Positions 49,657-57,891 of a stretch of 64,000 bases of DNA are shown here, one piece after another (the stretch's first letter is position 1; every line of letters begins with the position of its first letter). Position numbers and translations under genes: made by a program. The stretch is taken from assembly GCA_963827655.1 (NCBI GenBank), contig CAWHCF010000023.1, forward strand, positions 480,001 through 544,000, in the 5' to 3' direction. The stretch comes from an uncultured Acidobacteriota bacterium (GTDB lineage: Bacteria; Acidobacteriota; UBA6911). The notes under the pieces are model-generated. The model saw only the letters and a program-made list of their open reading frames with translations, did no database searches and was not told the origin of the DNA.

Positions 49657-52600
49657 TTACCAGAAGAACTTGAGAGCGAACTGGATCTGCCGGGAAACAC
49701 GGGCGAAAGTCACCGGGATGCCTGCGCCCGAGATGCGGCCAAATGCGGTCGAGCCCAGCGAGGCATTCGGCACATTAAATTGCGGCGTGTTGAAGAGGTT
49801 AAAGAATTCTGCGCGAAATTGCATGTAGCGCTCTTCGTCAAAACGGACGTTCTTGAGCACAGATGCATCGATCTGCTTGGTGCCCGGTCCCTCCAGAATG
49901 CCAATACCCGCATTGCCGTAGGTTAAAGGCGCAGGAGTGGAAAAGCACGCGGTGTTGAACCAGCGTTCGGGAGTCGGCTTTTCAACCTCGAGGTCACAGG
50001 GAAAGACACGGTCAGCCCGGCTGCCCAGGCCGGTGTTCGCCACCGATGTCGCCAGCCCCACTGTGAAGGGTTCCCCACTTTGAAGATTCAGGATTCCGCC
50101 CAGGTTCCAACCTTCAATCAGCTTGCCGACCAGGCCGGATGCCCCCGAACCGAGTTTCTTGCCTCGTCCGAAGGGGAGCTCGTAGTTGTAACTCAAAACA
50201 AAGCGATCGCGGATATCCCAGTTGGGCCGGCCCCGGTCGGCGCGGCGGTTGAGGAAGTTCTGCGCCTTGGAGCCCTCGCCGGCGAAGTCGCTGAGTGTTT
50301 TCGCGAACGTGTAAGAGGACAGCAAGCTCAAACCGTGCGAATAGCGCTTCTTCACCGTGAACTGGAAGGAATGATACGTTGAGCTGCCCGCGTCAGCCTG
50401 GCCGTTGATGTTGGCGAAAGCCGGGAAAGGACGGCGCGGAGCGACCGCTCCAGGGCCGGGCGGCGGATCGTTAATACCGAGATTCACAAAGAACTTGGTC
50501 CCCTTGTTTCCCACATAGGATCCGGAAAGCGCCAGATCCCGCGTGAGCTCGCCCTCGAGCGTGAGGTGCCATTGCTGGACATAGGTCGTGCGCAGGTTTG
50601 GATCCTGCCACCGGCCGCTGAAGATGAACCCCGGCACCGCCCCAGGACCCACCAGGCCATTGGTCACCGGCACCGGAGACAGCGCCGGAAAGCCGTCTTC
50701 GAGCCGGTTGGTCGGCTGCGTGGTACTGTTGACCACGTTCTGACCTGAGGTGAACGGCGGGTTCTGCACCATGGTAAAAATCGTCCCCTGAAAACGAGTG
50801 CTTCCCGTGAGATCGTAGAAAACACCGTAGCCTGAGCGAATCACCATGTTGCTGGCAATCCGATAGGCCAGACCGAAGCGGGGCGAGAAGTCGTTCTTGT
50901 CGATCGCCCGCAGCCTGCGTCCCAAAGGCGCATCGGGAGAAGCGACCCGGAAGGCGCCCCCCGGAACGTCGGTATCGAAATTGGACTGGCGGTCGTCCAC
51001 TTCCAACCGCGGCGCGGTCAACTCGTAGCGCAGCCCAAGGCTAAGGGTCAACCGCGGGGTCATCTGCCAGGTATCGCTGAAATACCAGCTCCACTCCGTA
51101 GTCCGCTGCCCTGTGACGCTGTTGAGCTTGGCCTCCTGGCTGGAAGTCGCCGGTATGCCCAGCAAGAAATCCGCCATGCCACTTCCCGTATTTCCAGGAG
51201 AGGTAGGGCTATTCGTGAACGCCCCGCTGAAGGTAAATTCCCCGCGCTGCGTAGGAGGCTGAAAGAAATTGTATTGGCGGCGTCGGACATCGCCCCCGAA
51301 CTTCAGAGTGTGCCTGCCTTTGACCCAGCTAAGATTGTCGATGTATTGAAAAGTGTTGATGACGTTGATGAACGGAAGGAACGTCAGCTCGCCGATGGCG
51401 CTGAACCCCGAGACATTGATCGAGGGAAGCCCGCTGCTGAAAGGCACCTCAGGTCGATTGACGTTGTGGATGCCGAGACGCTCTGCCGCGTCGATCCCGT
51501 GAAGCCGGTTGTTGGCGACCTCATTAAAGCGCGTATAGCCAAAACGAAATTCATTGATCAAATTCGAGCGGAATGTGTGGGTCTCGCCCAGAGCGACAAA
51601 CTGATTCCGTACCGTCACCCCATCGGTATCCAGCGGCATGGTCGTTCCTAGCAGGGCGCTGGGAAGGACCGGCCGGGGTGAAATCGTCAGCCCGGCATCG
51701 AAATCCGACAGGCTGTAGCGCGCGAAGGAACTGTCCTTTTGCGAGATCTGATGATCGACGCGGAGGTCAAAAGCCTCCTGGTTCGAGGGTCGAATTGGAT
51801 TATAGATGAAATTATTTCCCGTCCCCGGGAGGTTGGGCAACGGGTACTGGGCGTCGATCGTGTTGCGCGCCGCCTGGCTCTGGCGCGTGGCCGGGATGCG
51901 GTTCTGGGAAAAAGGTTCGCGCGAGTTCGTGCCGGGATTATAGGTCAGGGGATCGAAGATCGTCCTTCCCAACTCGGTGAAGTCCCCCTGGCGCATCAGC
52001 GGAGTCGGCACCGTCAACACAAAAGTCTGGCCCTGGCGGATACGGCTCCCCTCGTAATCGCCAAACCAGAAGGTTCGATTCGGCTTGATCGGTCCTCCGG
52101 CGGTGAAGCCGAACTGGTTCAACTTGAAAGGGGGAATAGGAGCGTCGGCGCGGTCAAAGAAGTTCTTGGCATCGAGCGCTTCATTGCGCAGGAAGTAAAA
52201 CAGGTTGCCATGAAAGGCATTAGTGCCCGACTTGGTGGTGACGTTCACCTGCCCGCCTCCGGTGACACCGAATTCAGCATCGGAGGTTGCGGTCTGCACC
52301 TTGAACTCCTGAATGGCATCGATGGGCGGGAAGATGATGATACCCCCGATGCTGGTCTCCATGTTGTCGATGCCGTCAAGCAGGAAATTCGTCGCCAGGT
52401 TGGTCTGGCCGTTGATCTGCACTGCCGAGGGCGCGCGCACGCTGCTCAACGAGGCGCCCGAGGACTGAGCCGTGCGCGAAATGCCTGGTGTCGCGCCGGC
52501 CGTCAGGGTCAACAGTTGCACAAAATTTCGGCCGTTGAGCGGGAGCTCTTTAACCTGTTTCTCATCGACGACGTCGCCCAGAGTTACGCTCTGCGTCTGG

Positions 52601-52986
52601 ATGAGCGGTGCCGCCACGGTTACTTCCGCAACCTCGGATACCTGGCCGACCTGCAATGTCATGTCGACCACGGCGACGGCGTTAACTTGCAGCACGATGC
52701 CGCGGCGCACTTCCTTCTTGAACCCCGCCAACTCGGCCGCCACGGCGTAGTCGCCCACCCTCAGCGCCGGAGCCGTATAAGTGCCTGCGTCGCCGGTCAC
52801 GGTATTGAAAGAGATGTTGGTCTGCGTGTGGGTAACGGTGATGGCCACGCCGGGGATGACGGCGCCGCTTTCATCGCGCACGGTGCCGGTGATCGTGCCT
52901 GTATCTCTTTGCGCCCAGACAAAAGGCTGTAGCAAGAAGAAACACCACAGCCCGATTCCAAGAATTCGGAAGGTTCCTCTTCGCAT
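49657..52986 (-). CDS. TonB-dependent receptor, acidobacterial type
   Basis: GTITGTVRDESGAVIPG, LPLNGRNF, TKSGTNAFHG, NQFGFTAGGP, LGLRYE, FRAEFFNLFN, RQIQFALKFFW. Confidence 0.95.
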   Translation of the reverse strand: MRRGTFRILGIGLWCFFLLQPFVWAQRDTGTITGTVRDESGAVIPGVAITVTHTQTNISFNTVTGDAGTYTAPALRVGDYAVAAELAGFKKEVRRGIVLQVNAVAVVDMTLQVGQVSEVAEVTVAAPLIQTQSVTLGDVVDEKQVKELPLNGRNFVQLLTLTAGATPGISRTAQSSGASLSSVRAPSAVQINGQTNLATNFLLDGIDNMETSIGGIIIFPPIDAIQEFKVQTATSDAEFGVTGGGQVNVTTKSGTNAFHGNLFYFLRNEALDAKNFFDRADAPIPPFKLNQFGFTAGGPIKPNRTFWFGDYEGSRIRQGQTFVLTVPTPLMRQGDFTELGRTIFDPLTYNPGTNSREPFSQNRIPATRQSQAARNTIDAQYPLPNLPGTGNNFIYNPIRPSNQEAFDLRVDHQISQKDSSFARYSLSDFDAGLTISPRPVLPSALLGTTMPLDTDGVTVRNQFVALGETHTFRSNLINEFRFGYTRFNEVANNRLHGIDAAERLGIHNVNRPEVPFSSGLPSINVSGFSAIGELTFLPFINVINTFQYIDNLSWVKGRHTLKFGGDVRRRQYNFFQPPTQRGEFTFSGAFTNSPTSPGNTGSGMADFLLGIPATSSQEAKLNSVTGQRTTEWSWYFSDTWQMTPRLTLSLGLRYELTAPRLEVDDRQSNFDTDVPGGAFRVASPDAPLGRRLRAIDKNDFSPRFGLAYRIASNMVIRSGYGVFYDLTGSTRFQGTIFTMVQNPPFTSGQNVVNSTTQPTNRLEDGFPALSPVPVTNGLVGPGAVPGFIFSGRWQDPNLRTTYVQQWHLTLEGELTRDLALSGSYVGNKGTKFFVNLGINDPPPGPGAVAPRRPFPAFANINGQADAGSSTYHSFQFTVKKRYSHGLSLLSSYTFAKTLSDFAGEGSKAQNFLNRRADRGRPNWDIRDRFVLSYNYELPFGRGKKLGSGASGLVGKLIEGWNLGGILNLQSGEPFTVGLATSVANTGLGSRADRVFPCDLEVEKPTPERWFNTACFSTPAPLTYGNAGIGILEGPGTKQIDASVLKNVRFDEERYMQFRAEFFNLFNTPQFNVPNASLGSTAFGRISGAGIPVTFARVSRQIQFALKFFW

Positions 52987-53106
52987 GGCGGGTCTCCGCA
53001 GTTGTCCTTCCGTACCACACGCAATAAAGCGATGTCAAGCAGACGCGACGCCGCGCGACGCACCGACAATGTGCGCGCGGCGGATTCGAAGACCCCCGAG
53101 CCGATC

Positions 53107-53345
53107 GGCGAAGCTTGCCACGCGCCCTGAAAGGGCGAAGGAAATTAGCCGGGGGCCAAGCGCAGCGCTGCCCCCGGTCTACACAATCGAAAGAGACGCG
53201 CCCCGGAGGGGCGCTGGGACGCTGCCTCGATGCTCCTGCGCCCCTCGCAAGGCGCGTCGGACGAGAATTGGCCTTACAAGTTCCCTGGGCCGCTTCGCTA
53301 GCCTGCGGGCTAATAACCCGTCGCCCCTCCGGGCGAAGCTTGCCA
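53107..53345. mobile_element. Palindrome-rich REP/MITE-like element bounded by 14-bp direct repeats
   Basis: GGCGAAGCTTGCCA at 53107-53120 and 53332-53345; internal hairpins CGCCCTGAAAGGGCG, CCGGGGGC..GCCCCCGG, GCGCCCCGGAGGGGCGC, CGCCCCTCCGGGCG. Confidence 0.7.
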
Positions 53346-53397
53346 AAACTTCGCATGAGATGCGGTTCAGAGCAAGCTACCGCAGTCCGAAGGACTC

Positions 53398-54093
53398 TTA
53401 CTGGCGCGGCGTGTCACTACGAGTTCGTCGAAAACCAAGGTGCGCCGGCCCCATCCTCGTGACCTCAAGACCGGCAACCCCCGACAACCGGACACACTCT
53501 CTCAATTCCCGCAAGGTGTAGGCAGAGCGAACAGAGGCTTCAAACAGCTCGCGCATTTTACCCTCGTAGTTGCGCCCATGCTGACGGACGTGATAGCGGT
53601 AGATCAGGCGGTTGGGCCGGCGCAGGTCGCGGAGCAGAAGAGCTCCGGAAGGCTTGCAGACGCGAGCCATTTCACGGATGAGCTGAACCGGGTCGGGCAC
53701 ATGATGGAGGACGGAGTTACACAAAACCGCATCAAACAGCCCGCCGTCGTATGCGGTGCGCTTGACATCTCCGTAATTAAACAGAATCCGCATTTCGACT
53801 CCCCACCGATTCGCGTCCATAGCAGCTTTGCGAAGCATGGCGTCCGACAGGTCGATCGCATGAATTATCAAGGACGGGTTGCGAAGCGCCAGCTTTATTG
53901 GAATTTGACCGGGACCGGTCCCGAGATCGAGAACCATACCCTTTTCCACCCCGAGCTGGAGGGCCTGGTCTACAAATGAATCGTCCAGGGCCTCGAGATG
54001 TCTCAGCGCCGTTGCAGAGGCGTAAGCTTCGGCTTCTTCCTCGTCCGCCATGATCTCGGGCTCCGGTATCCTCGAAATATCCAGGAGTCCCAT
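53398..54093 (-). CDS. Class I SAM-dependent methyltransferase
   Basis: RIPEPEIM, VLDLGTGPG, IDLSDAML, FDAVLCNSVLHH, RVCKPSG..RDLRRP. Confidence 0.92.
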   Translation of the reverse strand: MGLLDISRIPEPEIMADEEEAEAYASATALRHLEALDDSFVDQALQLGVEKGMVLDLGTGPGQIPIKLALRNPSLIIHAIDLSDAMLRKAAMDANRWGVEMRILFNYGDVKRTAYDGGLFDAVLCNSVLHHVPDPVQLIREMARVCKPSGALLLRDLRRPNRLIYRYHVRQHGRNYEGKMRELFEASVRSAYTLRELRECVRLSGVAGLEVTRMGPAHLGFRRTRSDTPRQ

Positions 54094-54230
54094 ACCTTGT
54101 GCTCCCGTAAAATCCTTCGCGTCTTTGCGTCTTCGTGGTGCATGCGAGACTCGAACAGTCGCCAACCAGCGGGTTGACTTGTATAATAGAAGGTTACGTT
54201 TCCACAACAATAACCATCAGGGGATATGCA

Positions 54231-55151
54231 GTGGAAAAAGAGAGAATCGAAGGAGCAATCATCGAGGAGCCCGAAGAGGTTCCTCAATCCACCTGGGTAT
54301 TGGTCGGGCAGTTCTTTGTTGTCCCGGTGGTTATCGTGGCATTGTGCGTGGGCATTTTTATCCTGTTCGGGTTGATCACCGGCGATGCCAGGACCGCCCG
54401 CGACTACCTCGAGGAAGTCCGGGCTGGCAAAGGCAATCGCCGTTGGCAGGCCGCCTTTGAGCTGTCCAAGTACCTGAATCAGAAGGGCAGCCAGAACAAG
54501 GAGCCGCGGCTTGCTCGGGACATCAGCTCAGCCTTCAGGAATGCCAAGGATGACGATCCCCGAGTCCGGCAATACCTGGCTCTGGCGATGGGCAGTCTTC
54601 GAGACGGCGTGGCCGTCGAACCATTGCTCGAATCATTCGACGACATCAGTCCTGAAGTTCGTTTGTTCTCAGTCTGGGCCCTGGGTGAAATACGAGATGC
54701 GCGGGCCGTAGAGCCGCTGCTCAAGATCGTCGAGACGCAGGACCACGACCTTAGAAAAATGACTATCTACAGCCTGGGACTCCTGCAGGATGCGCGCGCG
54801 CTTCCGGCGCTCCACGCGGCTCTGAATGACAATCACCAGGACGTTCGGTGGAATGCCGCTCTCGCCCTGGCGCGGTTTCAGGACGCTTCCGGGATGGAGA
54901 TTCTCCATCAAATGCTCGACCGAAAATCGCTGGATTCCTCATCGGAGATCAACGAGCAGCAGAAGTCTGAAGCTATCATCAACGCAACGCGCGCCGTCGC
55001 TCTGCTCAAAGATTCATCCGCCCGGCCGCTGCTGGAAGAGCTCAAAGCGAATGATCCCGATGTGAAAGTCCGCTCAGCGGCCATCGAAGCTCTCAAGGAA
55101 ATTGGGGTATCGGGCAGCGTCGACCACAGAAAGAAGGCCGGATCTCCTTGA
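54231..55151 (+). CDS. Membrane-anchored HEAT-repeat (PBS lyase-like) protein
   Basis: TM FFVVPVVIVALCVGIFILFG; repeats DPRVRQYLALAMG, PEVRLFSVWALG, QDVRWNAALALA, VKVRSAAIEAL. Confidence 0.85.
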   Translation: MEKERIEGAIIEEPEEVPQSTWVLVGQFFVVPVVIVALCVGIFILFGLITGDARTARDYLEEVRAGKGNRRWQAAFELSKYLNQKGSQNKEPRLARDISSAFRNAKDDDPRVRQYLALAMGSLRDGVAVEPLLESFDDISPEVRLFSVWALGEIRDARAVEPLLKIVETQDHDLRKMTIYSLGLLQDARALPALHAALNDNHQDVRWNAALALARFQDASGMEILHQMLDRKSLDSSSEINEQQKSEAIINATRAVALLKDSSARPLLEELKANDPDVKVRSAAIEALKEIGVSGSVDHRKKAGSP

Positions 55152-55263
55152 CTTGGTAACGATTTGAAATAGAATAAAAACCGTTGTCGGGTGGCCGTAG
55201 GTTATCTTACGAGCCGCCAATAGTTTATGTAAGTTCGCAAAATCTACCTTACAGATATTCAAC

Positions 55264-55842
55264 ATGACACCGAACGAGAAACAGAGTGCCGCGCCTGTGG
55301 CGGCGGCCCCCGGGCCGGCAGCACCCGCGCGTCCAGCTGCTGCGAAAAAAGAGGAGACGGTCAGTCGAAGAGAATTCAACTGGCTTGCCGTCGCCTGGAC
55401 CGCTTTTACCGCAGCCAGCATTGCTGGCCTTACCGCGACCATGCGGTTTATGTTCCCGAATGTTCTTTTCGAACCGCCCACCATCTTCAAGGCTGGCCTT
55501 CCCGAGTCGTACAAGCCAGGTGAAGTGGATGAGCGCTACAAGGACAAATTCGGGGTCTGGGTGGTCCGGACTGAGGAGAACATCATTTATGTTCTATCCA
55601 CAGTATGTACTCACCTGGGATGTCCGCCAAACTGGCTTCCAGCGGAACAGAAATTCAAGTGCCCGTGTCACGGGAGTGGCTATTACAAAAACGGTATCAA
55701 CTTCGAAGGACCCACGCCCCGCCCGCTCGAACGCTTCAGGGTGACACTCGGCGACGACGGCCAGCTTATCGTGGACAAGAACCGGAAATTCCAGTACGAG
55801 AAGGGCGAGTGGAAGGATCCGGAGTCGTTTCTGAAGCTGTAG
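55264..55842 (+). CDS. qcrA: Rieske iron-sulfur subunit of a quinol:cytochrome c oxidoreductase
   Basis: SRREF Tat-type anchor; CTHLGC and CPCHGS boxes; GPTPRPL. Confidence 0.95.
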   Translation: MTPNEKQSAAPVAAAPGPAAPARPAAAKKEETVSRREFNWLAVAWTAFTAASIAGLTATMRFMFPNVLFEPPTIFKAGLPESYKPGEVDERYKDKFGVWVVRTEENIIYVLSTVCTHLGCPPNWLPAEQKFKCPCHGSGYYKNGINFEGPTPRPLERFRVTLGDDGQLIVDKNRKFQYEKGEWKDPESFLKL

Positions 55843-55996
55843 TCGCGGGCAATCCTGAGAATACCGGGCTTGCTTGCTGGAAGCGCGTGGGAAAGCTTTG
55901 CTCTGCCCGAGGCTTCCCGCTTTTACGGGAACGCCATTTAAACCTCCATAGAAAGAGCCTCTACCGGCGAACTAATACTTAACTGGAAACGAAGGT

Positions 55997-56782
55997 ATGG
56001 GAAAAATCAAAGAATTCCTCGATTCTTTTTCAAACACTCAAGTCTGGAAATCGATCGTACGGCATGGCATCCCGCGCACCGATCGCAACCGGGCCCTTGC
56101 CGTTCTATCGAACGTCTTCTTACACCTTCACCCGGTCAAGGTGCGCAAATCCGGAATCAAGCTCAAGTACACGTGGTGCATGGGTGGGATTACCTTCTTC
56201 CTCTTCCTGGTCGAGACCTTCACGGGACTCCTGTTGATGTTCTACTATCGGCCCACCGTGGAATACGCGTACGTCGACATCATCGATCTTGCGGAGCAAG
56301 TGCCCCTGGGCATCATGCGCGAGCTTCATCGCTGGGGGGCTCACGCCATGGTGATTTCGGTCATGCTCCACATGTTCCGCGTCTTCATGACCGGATCGTA
56401 CAAGCCTCCGCGTGAATTCAACTGGAGCATCGGGGTGTTGCTGCTGGTTCTGACCTTTCTTCTCAGCTTTACCGGATACCTCCTTCCCTGGGATCAGCTG
56501 GCAATGTGGGCTATTACGGTCGGCAGCAACATGGCCCGGGCGACACCGATGCTAGGTAACGAAGGACCCGGGTCTGCCCTGCTAGCACTGGGCGACATCC
56601 GGCTGGTCCATGCCGGGGATGACGCGCGCTTCTTCCTGCTGGCGGGAAAAGTAGTGGGAGCCGGCGCGTTGCTTCGATTTTACGTGCTCCACTGCGTTGC
56701 AATCCCCGTGATAGCCGGATTCCTGATGGCGGTCCATTTCTGGCGCGTGCGCAAGGACGGCGGGATTTCCGGACCTCTATAA
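55997..56782 (+). CDS. qcrB: Cytochrome b6-like subunit (N-terminal half of split cytochrome b)
   Basis: WCMGGITF (heme ci Cys position), [30 protein letters not shown]-x14-H, GISGPL end. Confidence 0.95.
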   Translation: MGKIKEFLDSFSNTQVWKSIVRHGIPRTDRNRALAVLSNVFLHLHPVKVRKSGIKLKYTWCMGGITFFLFLVETFTGLLLMFYYRPTVEYAYVDIIDLAEQVPLGIMRELHRWGAHAMVISVMLHMFRVFMTGSYKPPREFNWSIGVLLLVLTFLLSFTGYLLPWDQLAMWAITVGSNMARATPMLGNEGPGSALLALGDIRLVHAGDDARFFLLAGKVVGAGALLRFYVLHCVAIPVIAGFLMAVHFWRVRKDGGISGPL

Positions 56783-56801
56783 AATCAGCTGGGGGACTTA
56801 C

Positions 56802-57878
56802 ATGGAATTTATCAAAGCGACTATTAACTGGCTTTCAGATCCGACGCGCTTGCTGCCCATAGCTGCCATCTTGTTCTTGATCTCGATCCGCATCCCTGCA
56901 TTCTGGTCAAAAAGAGGGGGCTTAATCGCCCTCTCGCTGGTGACCGGATTCATGGGAATAAGCCTTCTCGATCCCAATTTCAGAATCATCATCACCAAGC
57001 CGGACAACGTTCCCATCGTCGGACTGATCTTTCTGGTCGGGTTCTTCACCTGGCTCGCCCTGCACCAGGGTTTTGCCAACGACCGGCGCATAGCTGAGGG
57101 GAAGCTCCCGGCCGAGAAGGAGACGACAAGCGACAAGGTCTGGGTCTGGCCCGATCTGGTTTACACCGAGCTTATCTCGATGGTGATTTTCGGCGCCGTG
57201 ATGATCGTCTGGTCGGTTTATCTCAAGGCGCCGCTGGAGGAGCCGGCCAACCCGAGCGTGGCTCCAAATCCTTCCAAGGCTCCCTGGTATTTCCTGGGCC
57301 TCCAGGAAATGCTGGTGTACTACGACCCCTGGATCGCGGGAGTCTTTCTTCCCAGTTTGATCATTGTCGGGCTCATGGCGACACCATTCCTGGATGTGAA
57401 TCCGAAAGGAAATGGTTACTTCACGTTCAAAGAAAGGAAATACGAGATCACCGTGTTCCTGTTCGGGTTCGTGATCCTGTGGGTCCTGCTGATCATTCTC
57501 GGCACTTTCCTGCGCGGCCCCAACTGGAACTTTTTCGGGCCCTACGAATACTGGGACGTGCACTACCTCTTACCGCTCAACAACGTCAACTTGAGCGAGT
57601 TTATTTTTGTGAAATGGTTTGGGACAGGGCTGCCTCAGTTTTGGTTGTTTCGCGAACTGCCCGGGATCATCCTGGTGATTCTTTATTTCGTGGTCACGCC
57701 GCTCGTGTTCGCCAAAACGTGGTTCAGGAAATTCTTCCTTAGCATGGGTGCGGTGCGGTTTCAGATCATGATGTTTCTGCTGCTGTGCATGTTCAGCTTG
57801 CCCATCAAGATGGTGCTCCGCTGGACCATGAATCTAAAATACATCGTGGCTATCCCGGAATACTTCTTCAATATCTAG
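56802..57878 (+). CDS. Subunit IV-like C-terminal cytochrome b subunit with extra TM helices
   Basis: VWPDLVYTE, APLEEPANP..PNPSKAPWYFLGLQE (Qo motif variant), TPFLD.NP. Confidence 0.88.
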   Translation: MEFIKATINWLSDPTRLLPIAAILFLISIRIPAFWSKRGGLIALSLVTGFMGISLLDPNFRIIITKPDNVPIVGLIFLVGFFTWLALHQGFANDRRIAEGKLPAEKETTSDKVWVWPDLVYTELISMVIFGAVMIVWSVYLKAPLEEPANPSVAPNPSKAPWYFLGLQEMLVYYDPWIAGVFLPSLIIVGLMATPFLDVNPKGNGYFTFKERKYEITVFLFGFVILWVLLIILGTFLRGPNWNFFGPYEYWDVHYLLPLNNVNLSEFIFVKWFGTGLPQFWLFRELPGIILVILYFVVTPLVFAKTWFRKFFLSMGAVRFQIMMFLLLCMFSLPIKMVLRWTMNLKYIVAIPEYFFNI

Positions 57879-57891
57879 GATAGGTGGATGA

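Noticed and set aside
54174-54187. TTGACT and TATAAT upstream of the HEAT gene as one promoter
   Set aside because: The two boxes are only 2 nt apart, so they cannot form a single sigma70 promoter; either could belong to a separate one.
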